Source: Torpedo marmorata (lineage: Eukaryota). From it: a stretch of DNA of 64,000 nucleotides. A program made the position numbers and the translations under genes. Below are positions 1-11,067 of this stretch, one piece after another (position 1 is the stretch's first letter; every line of letters starts with the position of its first letter). The stretch is taken from NCBI GenBank assembly GCA_977017645.1, contig OZ360227.1, forward strand, positions 126,356,001 through 126,420,000, in the 5' to 3' direction. Under the pieces are notes generated by a model. The model was given only the letters and a program-made list of their open reading frames with translations, ran no database searches and was not told where the DNA came from.

Positions 1-42
1 GAGTGAGGCAGGGGGTAGTGTGAGCGAGAGGATGCCGTAAAG

Positions 43-383
43 CAGGGATAGCCAAACTATGGTCCCCGGGCCAACTGCGGCCCGTTGCCCATTTTTAAGT
101 GGCCCGTTAGAAGAGAAAAAGAAAAATGGCAGCGCTGCCGGAGCTGATGTAGCAGCTGTGCTGCCGCTGCTGCGGACCCACGGAGGGTGGTGAGCGAAGT
201 CTCAGCGCTCCCCCACAGGGTCCAACCACCCAGTCTGACTACCGTCTGTTCTGCACAGTCTTTAAATGGCTTGTTAATGGAGCCGACAGTGGTTGAAATC
301 TGCTGGCCTTAATATTGTTTGGCCCGTGACTCCTTATATTTTTCTGTATGTGGCCCACAACCAAAAACGTTTGGCTACCCCTG
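43..383. mobile_element. Non-autonomous hAT (Charlie-like) MITE inserted in an old CR1 LINE
   Basis: TIRs CAGGGATAGCCAAAC / GTTTGGCTACCCCTG; exact 8-bp TSD CCGTAAAG at 35-42 and 384-391; subterminal GGCCCG repeats. Confidence 0.9.
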
Positions 384-391
384 CCGTAAAG

Positions 392-1290
392 TGACTCCAA
401 CTTGATTTGGGCAAATGTGCTGGATCTGAAAATTCATGGCAGAAGCAGTTTAATGCTGATAAATATAAGTTTTCCAGTTCTAATAGCAGTGATACATATT
501 ATAATACACATGGTGATCGATTGGGAAAAAGAAAGGTGCAATGAGTCCTGGTGTCCTTGTACATCAGATGTTGAAAGCAAACATTCAGGAAAAGGAAGGT
601 AAATTGTGATTTGCAAAAACGATTGGAGTACTTGTGCAAGAATGTGTGGTTGCTCCACTTGATGAGATGACATCTAGAGCTGTATTTGCAGTTTTGGTCT
701 CCTTATCTGAGGACAGATATCCTTGACATAGACGGTGTGCAACTACACTGATTCCTGGGATGATAGTACTGATACTGATGTATGAAGAGAGATATGGTCA
801 AATATGCTTTTGTTTAATGGAGTATATAAGGTTAAGAAGGGATACATTTCTGACCATTCTAGACAGGGTAGATACAGAATGGCTGTTCGATGGCTGGAGA
901 GTCCAGAATTAAGGGTCACACACTTAGGTGACAGGGATTCCATTTAGAATGAAATTGAGGAGATATTTCTTCACACGGAGGTCAAATTATTATATGTATT
1001 CAAGGAATAGGTTGGTACATTTCTTTATGGCAAAGAAATCAAGGGATATGGGGAGAAGGCAGGAGCAGGGCACTAAAGTAAATGGAAGACAAATTAAATT
1101 TTAAATGCTGTAATCTGGAACAAAAATAGTATTGCTGACAGAACTCAGCCAATCAAGCAGCAAATATGGAAAGAAGAACCAGTCAATGTTTCAGGTCAAT
1201 GACACTTCTTCAAAAGTGGGTGATCAGCCATGATCATGTTGAATGGAGAAGCAAGCCCATAGGACTGAACGACTTCCATTTTCTCTGTAT
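392..1290 (+). mobile_element. Degenerate CR1 (HER1-like) LINE 3' fragment, interrupted near 1100-1215 by a PLE-terminus relic
   Basis: CR1 ORF2/3'UTR-like phrases (ttttggtctccttatctgagg, tttcttcacac, atcaagggatatggggagaaggcagga, gatcagccatgatcatgttgaatgg); no intact frame. Confidence 0.7.
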
Positions 1291-1829
1291 CTGTGTAATG
1301 TCATTGAAAGGCAAGGATCCTTGGTTAGATTCTCACCACTGGATATGGTTATTGACTGGAACTTGGTGGCACAAATATTATTTGTATCTTATCAGCTTGT
1401 GTCTGAATGTTGTCTATGTCTCGCTGCATGCAGACATGGCCCTTCATTTGCTGAGGCTTTGCAAATAAAATTGAAAATTGTACAATCATCGGAGAACACC
1501 CCACATCTCAGGTTATAATGGAAGGAAGCAGATGAAAAGGATTCTCCACCAAAGATGCTGTTCTGGGGAACCCCTGATGTTCAGGAACTGGGATGATAGT
1601 CTCTGGCAACCACAACCATCTTCCTTTGTACATTGGATTGTTTTCCCTTTGATGCCCATTGGCGAGAGTCTAACCAGGGCTCCTTGATGTCACATTCTGT
1701 ACACATCAATTACATATTGAATATTTTTCTGCCAGACATAAAACATTGGTGACCTTTTATTTAGGAATTCAACATCAAAAGAAGAAGAGAGAACCTGCAT
1801 AATAGACCACCAGCAATTGCTCTGAATCT

Positions 1830-2910
1830 TCAGTGAGTTGTTAACTGAGGTGGATCAATGAATGACAGATGCAATTTAACTCGAAAAAGTGCGATGTGTT
1901 GCACTTTGGTAGCTAAAGCAGGGTAGGACTTACACAGTGAATGTTCAGGCCCTGGGGAGCATTGTAGAACAAAAAAACTTGGGGTTACAATTATATCATC
2001 ACATGAAAGTGGCAACATAGGTAGACACGGTGGAGAAGAACGCATTTTAGATGCTTGTCTTCAGTGAGGGCACTGAGTACAGGAGCAGGAATGTCATGCT
2101 ACAACTGTACAGGAGATTGATAATGCCACATCTGAAGTATTATGTGATGTTTTGGTCACCAGTTATAGGATAAGTTTATCAGAAAATTACACTGGAAAGG
2201 GTGCAGAAAAGACATGAGAGAATGTTGCCGGGAATGGTAGGATTAAATTATAAGGAAAAGATGAATAGGTTGGGACTTTTTTCACTGGAGCATTGGAGAC
2301 TAAAGGAGACCTTATAGAGATTTATAAAATTATGAGGGGCATAGATATGGTAAATAGTCATAGCCTTTTTCCCAGAGTAGGGGAATCCAAAACTAGAGGC
2401 ATTAGATTAGCACCAATAGCCTGAATACGACTGGGATTGTCTGATCACGGAAGCTAAGCAGGCACAGGACTGGTCAGTACTTGGAGGGGAGACCACTAAG
2501 GAACACCAGGTGCTTTAGGTTTCTGTGAGGAGCGCTGGACAAAGTAACGACCCTCTGTCTGCCTTATGGTAGACAAAAATTAAAGAATTTCATGAATGTT
2601 ACATTCTAAATGTAGTATTTTGTGACAATAATGGAACCTTTACCTTTACCTTTAAGATGAGAGGTGAAAGATTTAAAAGGGAATTGAGGGGCACCTTCTT
2701 CATACAGAAGACGGTGAGTGCATGGAAAAAGCTGTCAGAGGAAGTGGTGGAAGTGGGGAAAATTGTAATGTTCAAAAGGCATTTAGACAGGTATGTGGAT
2801 GGGAAGGTTTTAGAGGGATATGGGCCGAATGCAGGAAAATGGGACAACTTGGACTGCATGGACACAAGTTGGGCCGAAGGGTCTGTTCTGTGCTGTAGAA
2901 CTCTGGCTCT
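1830..2910 (+). mobile_element. CR1 (HER1-like) LINE 3' fragment hosting a 5S-derived SINE
   Basis: ORF 2657-2914 (FFIQKTVSAWKKLSEEVVE...FKRHLDRY) is the CR1 ORF2 C-terminus; HER1-type tail tgggccgaagggtctgttctgtgctgta. Confidence 0.8.
2403..2653 (+). mobile_element. 5S rRNA-derived SINE (SINE3-type): 5S head about 2403-2523 plus LINE-like tail ending in (ACCTTT)n
   Basis: gtctgatcacggaagctaagcagg...ctggtcagtacttggaggggagacc...ggaacaccaggtgctttaggttt aligns to vertebrate 5S rRNA including boxes A and C; only TTT at the 5S end; tail has a hairpin, TGACAATAA and short repeats; splits a CR1 sequence. Confidence 0.8.
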
Positions 2911-2934
2911 ATAATCACAACTCTTATTTCAACT

Positions 2935-3140
2935 GGCTGTAAAACTACCCATGGCACTATTTTGAGAAGCAGCTGGAGAATTATTGATGGTGTCTTGACC
3001 AACATCTAACCCTCAATCTTCATTTTAAAATCAAATTATCTAGTCATTATATTTGTTGGGTCTGGGAGCTTGCTGTACATAAATTGGCAGCCACACATCC
3101 TACATTTGCATCAACAGTGCTAAATTAGTTTTAGGATGGC
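2935..3140 (+). mobile_element. Deu-domain SINE relic (SacSINE/AmnSINE-like)
   Basis: cccatggcactatttt...attatctagtcattat...tgggagcttgctgtacataaattggcagcc resembles the DeuSINE core as recalled. Confidence 0.6.
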
Positions 3141-3149
3141 CTACAAAAT

Positions 3150-3490
3150 TCAAACAAGAATGGACAGAATATTCCCAATGAATGGGGTGACCAGAACCTG
3201 ATGTCACAGGCTAAAGATTAAACATTAGTTATTTAGGACCGAGAAGGGGAGAAATTTCTATGCTCAGTAAATGGAAACCACTGTCCAACTATCTACCATA
3301 GAAAGTGGTTGAAGGTAAGTTATTAAATGTATTCAAGATGTTGGATAATTTTCCAAGGGTTTGAAAGATCAAGGTATATGGGGAGAAAGCCAGTCTAATG
3401 CATTTAAATGATCAGACACAATTATATTGAATGGAGGAACAGGCTTGAAGGACAAATGATCCACTCTTACTACTACTCCTATTTCTTAGT
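3150..3490 (+). mobile_element. Degenerate CR1 3' fragment
   Basis: atttaggaccgag...gagaaatttct...gatcaaggtatatggggagaaagc...tattgaatggaggaacaggcttgaagg CR1 3'-end phrases. Confidence 0.6.
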
Positions 3491-3904
3491 TTCAATTAAA
3501 GGAATGTAGAAGGCACAATAGAAATGTAGTATTTTATGCATTCAAAGACACAATCTTATTCCTAAATCAGTATTTAATCCAAAGGGAAAAATAAGAAAGA
3601 AGCTTCAGTTTTAAAATGATTGTTGAAGAAAGTGAATGTCAGGAGAGACATCTAGCCCAGTTTAGTTATCCAAACACACAGAAATGGTACAATAGGGGGC
3701 ATTTCCAACAGAATTGCTGATGGATTATAAAATAAAACAAAGATTTCCCAGTTCAAAAACAAAATATCCTGGATGCTGAAAATCTGAAATAAAACCAGAA
3801 AAGCAGGAAATAATCAGCAGGTCAGACAGCATATGTGGAGTGAGAAACAGAGTGAATGTTTCAGGTCAATGAGGAAAGATTATTGATTTGAAACAGTTTA
3901 TATT

Positions 3905-4870
3905 ATGAGCAGGAATAGACCACTTGGCCCCTCATTTCTATTCTATTATTCAACAAGATCATGGCAGATCTCATTATAACCTCAACTCTGCACCCTTGCC
4001 TACCCCTGGTAACACTGGCTCCCTTATTTATCAAGAATTTATCTTTCCTCTGCCTTAAAAATATTCAAAGACACTGCTTCCACCATCCGTAAAGGAAGTG
4101 AGTTGCAAATATTTGGTTTAACAGAGTTAAAAATGCGTTTTAATATTTTTTATTCTCAATTCTGTATTTGTGAGTTTTATCTCAATGAGTTATTTGTATT
4201 TACTGTCATTTTAATAATGTTTCCGGTGGGAATGAGTTTGGCAGTGCAGACCTCTTGTGCACCTCCTAAGCCCCTCCCTTCCTGTTCCTCACACTGCTTA
4301 TTACCTTGCTAAGGGTAAGTGTGAGAGAAGATTGCTACTGGGCTATTTTAATGTTTTCCTTGCAAAATGAATTGTTTACGTTATCAGTCTTTATGTATAT
4401 TTTTCATTACTAATATTATTATGTTTTACAGTTGGTTTTGTATTGTTTTAACCATTAATGTAAGTTTTATGGGTATTTTTATCTAACTTGTGTTTAGGCG
4501 CCATTACCATGTGTTGATCATGTGACCCGCATAGCATTGCCGAGATTTCATAGTGCAGACATTGCTTGATACCTTGCTAAGGGGAGTGAATAAATGCTGG
4601 AACACAATTCCAAGCAAAGGGAAAGAAAAGGATGAAAAACCGGAAGGCAATGGTTGTGTTATTTTGTCTTCTACAGGGAGCGAATAAATGGTGAAAACAA
4701 TTCCGTGAGTTGTCTCTTTTTCTACGCCCTATGCAAACCCGTTACATTGGCATCCTCTGAGAGAAAAAAATCCACCTTATTTGCGTTTTAAAATGGGACC
4801 TCTTTTTAAGCAGTGACCCCGGTCTGGAGCTTTCCAGAAAAGGAAACATCATTTCCACCCCAACCCATCA
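3905..4870 (-). mobile_element. CR1 3' fragment (minus) interrupted by a solo LTR
   Basis: Reverse CR1 3'UTR phrases (gagcaggaatagaccac, attcaacaagatcatggcagatc, cctctgagagaaaaaa) resume across the insertion. Confidence 0.6.
4117..4746 (+). mobile_element. Probable solo LTR (630 bp)
   Basis: Termini TTTAAC (TGTAAC with one change)...GTTACA with short inverted ends; 4-bp TSD TTGG at 4113-4116 and 4747-4750; AATAAA about 60 bp before the end; interrupts a CR1. Confidence 0.6.
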
Positions 4871-5433
4871 ACAGTTGCTTACTGAGCTGTTGAGCTTTTT
4901 GAGCATTTTCTGGTTTATTTCATTGTACAAAGTCCTCGTACAAACCTAAAGCTATTGAAAATAGTTCATAATTATTGAGGTCCAATAAAAGTAAACATAA
5001 GGTCTATTGTAACTGAAAATCATAGAGCATAAAACCATTGAAGCCAATGTACATGCATAGAGTCAAGCAAAGTTCATGGGAACTGGCTATTATTCTGCAG
5101 GAGATAACATAAGCACACTGATACAGAGTTGAGGAGTAGTAGAACTCTGATCAAATTGTTTGGAGCCAATTCATGAGTACTTAACTGAAGAATCCAAAAT
5201 AACCAAAAAAATAGATTAAACCTATAATTTGTATATTTTATAAGATTGATGGAATAAATATGGTGCAGCCCAACAGAATAAAAGAAAACCTATAGATTAG
5301 ACTCATTGGGATGGAAGAACCGAAGAACATAAAAACCTGAAGAACTGAACTGAACTAGCCGGTCATTCTCTATGTTATTGAAAGTAGAGGTTTGAGGTTC
5401 GCAGCACAGTCACCGTTAATCAATGCAGGTATT

Positions 5434-6144
5434 CTTTTCTTTTTAAATCTCTTTATTAATTCCATAAAATCATGGATATAACAGTTCATTCACTATATAC
5501 GTTTACAGAAAAAAAGCAAAGAAAAGCATTATCACATGTTCCATTAATCCATCCATAACAGAGTATACATTACAGATATATATCAAATTTTTTCTTTACA
5601 ATTTAGTATTATAATACCAATAGGTATAAAAAGAACCAAGCCACAAAAAAAGATAATATAGTAATTTCATCATAATACATTTTTTAATAAAAGCTAAAGC
5701 AATCTAAACTAGCCTACCATCTACCCCCACCCCAGAATTGCACTGACCTGTAGAAATAATATAACATCAAATCATGAGGAATCATAAACTCTGATAATAG
5801 CCGATAAATGAACCCCAAATATTAGTAAATTTTAGGTTTAATTTAATATTTGAACATCCAATCTTTTCTAATGTTAAATAGGACATTAAACTTGATAGCC
5901 AATCTTCATATATAGGAGGATTACCATCCTTCCATTTTAGCAAGATCTGTCGCCTTGCAACCAGGGAAGAAAAAGCAATCACATGTTTTTGATTATTAGT
6001 AAGATCATGATTACTAGGATCATTTATACCAAATATTGCTATAAATGGATTTGGATCTAATTGAGCAGCTAAGGATCTAATTGAGTAGCTAAAACCAAAG
6101 AAAGAGTACAAAAAATTTTGTTCCTAAATCTAACTAACTTACGG
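5434..6144 (-). mobile_element. 5'-truncated L1-clade LINE (ORF2 C-terminus plus 3'UTR)
   Basis: ORF 5782-6111 (AFSSLVARRQILLKWK...W...LTLEKI...FTNIWGSFI) is a fish-type L1 ORF2 end; 13-bp TSD CAATGCAGGTATT at 5421-5433 and 6145-6157; A-rich tail. Confidence 0.85.
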
Positions 6145-6479
6145 CAATGCAGGTATTAGTGCAAAGGTAGTCAATAACCTGCCCATGAGTTGAGGCAAGT
6201 TATTTAATATTAATTGATTTTAAGGCTATTTATGAAGCAGATGTGTGTTTATGGTACCCAGACATTTATGAGAAATGACCCACCCCCCCCCCCCCACCTC
6301 AGGCTGTCACCTTGCCCACCACTACCCCTGGGCTAGGCTGGCTTGACATGTATTGGAATCCCTCTCCTTATGCAGACAATGCAAAGACAAAAAAATGACT
6401 TGCTATCTCATCAGAACGGGTGCCAACATCAGATTTATATTATTGTTGAAAAGAAAACCACCACATGCTGACCAGGACT

Positions 6480-7020
6480 CACTACCACAGCCACCTGTCC
6501 TTCTCCATTTGTCTGGCATCTGCCAAACTTCAGTCTTTATCCATCACGTTTCACATCTCCCTGGTCCACCAATTCCACATAAGCTCCTGTTCTGCTCCTC
6601 CCACCATGTCCTCTTTCCACTGGCTTCTCTCTCTGCATTTCCAGACTGCATGAAGGGCTCCAGCCTAACCCTAATCCTAACACATTATTTTTCCCCCACT
6701 GATGCTGTTCGACCCGTTGACTTCCTCCAGCAGATTGTGTTTAGATTCAGACTTTAATATCTGCATTCTCCGATGTGTCTCGAGGATTCCACCAGTTTGG
6801 TTTCCTGTCCTCTCACAGATAGACAAATTTTGGCCTTGCTTTCTTGTGGCCAAGAGACCAGGCTGGAATTACATTAGCATGAAAGCAGCAAGTTACTCCA
6901 GGCTAAGTAAAAACACAATGCTGGAGAAACTCAGGTCAAACGGTGTACTTTATATAGCAAAGATAAAGATACATAACCAACATTTCTGGCTTGAGTCCTT
7001 CATACCTTGATGAAGGTCCA
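6480..7020. mobile_element. Two degenerate Penelope-like terminal (pLTR) relics in opposite orientation
   Basis: + copy ends cccactgatgctgttcgacccgttgacttcctccagcag; - copy 6905-7016 matches the young pLTR at 43318/48950 and ends in a decayed palindrome ccttcat-acctt-gatgaagg. Confidence 0.65.
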
Positions 7021-7081
7021 CTGATTGGATAGCGATGCAAACCATTTGAGTATCACTTCAAAGCATTTTTGCCAACGAAAC

Positions 7082-7328
7082 TGTTTGTTCTTGTACGTGC
7101 TGAGTAACGAGACGAGTCGGCAGGTGATGTTAACCAGACAGTTTACTGAACAGCCATAGAGGGAGAGAGAGATAGCCCAGCAGGCGAGCATCTGCTCTCT
7201 GCAAGTACTCGATTTAAAACTAACCCGCCCTCACCGAGCTCGCGCATGCGCAATGCGCTGTTGCGAGTACGGTGGCTGCAACGCGATTGCAGCGGGTGCA
7301 GAGCAGCTGATGGGAGCGGCTGTCTACA
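7082..7328 (-). repeat. 3' LTR of the Gypsy element
   Basis: TGT...ACA termini; about 96% identical to 10820-11067 (9 substitutions and 2 indels by eye); polypurine tract adjacent at 7329-7339. Confidence 0.95.
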
Positions 7329-7413
7329 TCCCCTTTCTTGAGCGGCCCCTTACATATTACAGTTCAAACCAATTTTAAACATTTTCAGACATTGATCAAA
7401 CAGCCAACCCAGT

Positions 7414-10380
7414 TCAGTCCTGATATTTCGGGTTGGGTTTACAGATGCGCCCAAAGCGTGTTCTGTAGTGGCCCTCTGTGGACATGGAGGCCTGGGGAGC
7501 CTCGTCCTGAGAGAGTGTATTGTCCATTGTCTCCTTGTTGATTTCTGGGGGAGTCCCGCCGATCTCAGGTTCGCGTTCCAAATCCTGGTATACAGTCTCT
7601 CTGGGGTTGGCCTGAGATGGGGGTGGCTCCCTTACTGGGAGGATGTGCCATCTGTTCCTTCTGTACACCCTCCCCTCTGAACGAACTAGGTATGATCTGG
7701 GTTCCTGGCAGCTCCTTTCGACTATCCCCGTGCGGTCGTAGCCCTGTGGAGTCTGCATTCTTATGACCTGCCCTTCTGCCAATGGCTCAAGTGGTCGACT
7801 TGTTCTATCGTACTATTTCTTTTGCATAAGGCTCCTGTTCAGCAGCTGGTCCTTGACTTCTTGCGGGTCTCTTAGTTGGGGTTCCAGAAGCCTCCTTGCT
7901 ACCGGCAGAGTCGTTCTGGTCTGCCTTGACATTAACTGTTGCGCCGGTGAGCCCAGTGTTGTGTCGCGAGGGATGTTCCTCAGGTTTAGCAGGTTAAGGA
8001 ACACGTCTGTCTTTTCTCTGTGGGACTTCTCCATGGGCTGCTTTGCGCTTCTTACAGCTCTCTCAGCCAGCCCGTTTGACTGTGGGTTCTCTGGGCTACT
8101 GGTGATGTGGGTGAAATCCCATGCCATTGCAAAGTCTCTGAATCTCTCGCTGGTGAACTGTCTGCCATTGTCTGATAGCAGAGTGTGAGGCGCCCCATGC
8201 ACCTCAAAGTGACGTTTCAGCTTTGTAATGACCGTGGAGGAGGTTGCGTCGCGCAGCAGGTCTATCACGAACCATCCCGAGTATGAGTCAACTAGTACCA
8301 AATATTGGTCTCTTCGCCATTCAAAAATGTCCGAGGCCACAGTTGACCAGGGTAGATCTGGTACGGGGTGGAGCTGTAGTGGCTTTTTCTGTTGGTGTGG
8401 CTTAGTGCTGTTGCACACCGAGCACCCCTTGATCTATGTCTTCTGTCATGCCTGGCCAGAAAACAACGTCCTCGCCCTTCGTTTGGTCGCCTCCGCGCCC
8501 GGGTGTCCTCTATGTAGGATTTCAACATAGGCGTTCTGCAGTGAACTCAGGATTACCGCTCTTTGGCCCTTCATTACGACCCCTTCGTCAATAAGTAGCT
8601 CGTCATGGAAGGGAAAGTAGGGTTGCACGGCTGGTGGCAGGCTGCGCTGTTTGTTCGGCCAGCCGGCCTTGATGAAGTTGCCCAGGGTACTTAGAGTGCC
8701 GTCTTCCACTGTGTAGTTTCTTAGTTCATCCAGCCGGGCCGAGGATACATGGGCAACCGTCATCACATCGTAACTGTCTTCTTCTTCGACCTGCTGTACA
8801 GTTCATTTTCTGGGGTCGCGGGATAGCGCATCGGCTAAGTGCACTTCCTTACCGCACTTGTGCACCAGAGTGATGTTGTACTTATGGAGTCTGAGCATCA
8901 TTCGCTGTAGTCTCGCCGGCGCCGCGTGTATTGGTTTGTTCAGTATTCTCACCAAGGGTAGGTGGTCGGTTTCTATGGTAATCGACCTACCGTAGACGTA
9001 ATCGTTGAACTTGGAGCAGGCAAAAACAACTGCTAACAGTTCTTTTTCAATTTGTGCGTACCTGGTTTCCGTGTCAGTGAGTGACCTTGAGGCGTATGCC
9101 ACTGGTTTCCCGTCTTGCAGGCATGCTGCACCTAGGCCATACTGTGAGGCATCGCAGGTCAGCATCGTAGTAGGACAGGACCGGAGGGTACGACATTTGT
9201 CTTTTTAAAGCGTCAAAAGCATTCTGCTGTTGTTCGTGCCAGGTCCATTCTACATCTTTGTGCGTCAGCTGCCTCAGTGGGGCTGTCAGGTCGCTCGAGC
9301 TGGGGATAAATTTGCCCAGGTAGTTTACCATGCCCAGGAATCTTTGCAGGGCTGCCACGTCCATTGGCACCGGCATTTCGCTGATGGCCTTTGTTTTGGA
9401 AGGGTCCGCCTTCAGGCCTTTGCTTGTGAACACATGGCCTACGTAGCTGACTTGGTCCAGTTGGAACCTGCACTTCTGGGGGTTGAGCCTCAGGTTCACT
9501 TTCAGTGCTCGGTCGAGCACCTTCTTTAAGTTTTCGTCGTGTTCGTCTTGAGTTTTTCCGCCCACCAGTATGTCATCGACTATGTTGGCGCAGGGGTAGC
9601 CGGCGAAGATTTGCTCCATGGATCTTTGGAATACTTCGCTGGCCGAATTGATCCCGAATGGCATCCGCAGGAACCTGTATCGACCGAACCCAGTGCTGAA
9701 CGTCGTCAGTAGTGACGATTTGTAGTCGAGTGAGACTTGCCAGAACGAGTTTTTCGCGTCTAGGACCGAAAATACCATCACACCGGCCATTTGTGCAGCC
9801 ACTTCTTCTACGGTGCGCATGGGGTGATGTGGTCTCTTCAGGGTGGTGTTGAGGTCTCGCGGGTTTATGCAGATTCGGATTTCTCGTCCGTCTTTCTTCT
9901 TGGCAGCCACCATGGAGGACACCCATTCGGTCGGTTCCGAGACTGGAGTGATTACGCCCAAGTCCTGCATTCTGTCCAGCTCGGCCTTGACCTTGTCGTT
10001 CATTGCCACCGGAATGCAGTGTGCCGGACGCACCATGGGTCGCCCCTGCGCGTCGAGCCGCATGGAGTATGTCACTGGCAGCCTCTCCAGTTCATCTGTG
10101 AAAAGCTCGCTATATTCAGAAAAAAATTTCTGGGACAAGTCGTCTTCGGAGGGGCTTATCTGGTGTACCTCCCTGCTGAATGAGACGGGTCCCATGTCCA
10201 TGCACGTGCTCAGGCCTTGCAGCGGCATAACGTCCTCACGGACTACGAAGAATGCTAGTATGTGTAGCCATCCTTGTACATGGCACCGTAGCCACACTGT
10301 GCCGCTGGTCTAGATTCTACCGCCCCCGTACGCCACCAGGCTCATTGATCTGGCACATGTTTTAACTTGTTCTGCTTTTT
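7414..10380 (-). pseudogene. Gypsy pol (partial protease, RT, RNase H, integrase), broken by frameshifts
   Basis: RT motifs RMPFG and NIVDDIL (ORF 9074-10297); RNase H CDAS...YAQIEKELLA...TDH (8803-9165); integrase H-H (LHRGHPG), SDIF/SDNG/GLAERAV DDE triad (7813-8766); C-terminal PRSYLV...RRNR (7414-7782). Confidence 0.93.
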
Positions 10381-10725
10381 TTAGTTTCTGCAATTAAACT
10401 TGTGCCGTTCCATCGTTAGGTTTCGCTGTCGATTGCACATTTCTCTAAATTTGCATTTTAAACATTCGGGGTCCTCTCTTGACTCAGCCGGGCTGGTAAT
10501 GAGGCCCCCTTCGCCGCGCACTACGTCTGTGTATACGAACGCCCTTTCCTTTTCAATGGCTTCCGGGCCCGCCAAATTCAACAAAATGTATGCTCTCATC
10601 CGGGCAGACTTGTCGCTCTGCGCTGCCGCAATAAATATGTCATATTCCTGCTCAAAGACGCGGCAGTTCTCTGCCACATTTCCTTCAAACACGATTGGGT
10701 CGGGCCGTTTAAATCCGTCCACCAT
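10381..10725 (-). pseudogene. Gypsy gag N-terminal fragment
   Basis: MVDGFKRPDPIVFEGNVAENCRVFEQ...ILLNLAGPEA...ERHKF is typical Mag-type gag; it ends abruptly at a deletion junction to protease. Confidence 0.8.
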
Positions 10726-10800
10726 TTTGGCGACTGTTACAAACGTGGTTCTGGTTACTCACTGCGACTGATTGGAAGGCTTCAGGCTTGGAACACTGGC

Positions 10801-10819
10801 GATCCCACTTCTGACACCA
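10801..10819 (-). promoter_or_regulatory. Primer-binding site complementary to the tRNA-Leu(CAA) 3' end
   Basis: Minus strand TGGTGTCAGAAGTGGGATC immediately after the 5' LTR; vertebrate tRNA-Leu(CAA) ends ...ATCCCACTTCTGACACCA. Confidence 0.85.
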
Positions 10820-11067
10820 TGTTTGTTCTTGTACGTGCTGAGTAACGAGACGAGTCGGCAGGTGATGTTAACCAGACAGTTTACTGAACATAGCCATAGA
10901 GGGAGAGAGAGAGAGCCCAGCAGGCAGGCGTCTGCTCTCTGCAAGTACTTGATTTAAAACTAACCCACCCTCACCGAGCTCGCGCATGCGCAATGCGCTG
11001 TTACGAGTACGGTGGCTCAACGCGATTGCAGCGGGTGCAGAGCAGCCGATGGGAGTGGCTGTCTACA
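10820..11067 (-). repeat. 5' LTR of the Gypsy element
   Basis: TG...CA termini, adjacent PBS, near-identical to 7082-7328. Confidence 0.95.

Larger units (their letters stand above)
7082..11067 (-). mobile_element. Gypsy/Ty3 (Mag-like) LTR retrotransposon, internally deleted and frameshifted
   Basis: Two about 247-bp TG...CA LTRs (7082-7328, 10820-11067); PBS TGGTGTCAGAAGTGGGATC; PPT AAGAAAGGGGA; gag, RT, RNase H and integrase in Gypsy order. Confidence 0.95.

Noticed and set aside
2403-2523. Functional 5S rRNA gene
   Set aside because: Many substitutions versus vertebrate 5S, no T4 terminator, not in a tandem array, and inserted in a CR1 with a retroposon tail
7468-10771. Plus-strand ORFs overlapping the Gypsy element
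   Set aside because: Antisense shadows of GC-rich pol/gag coding sequence
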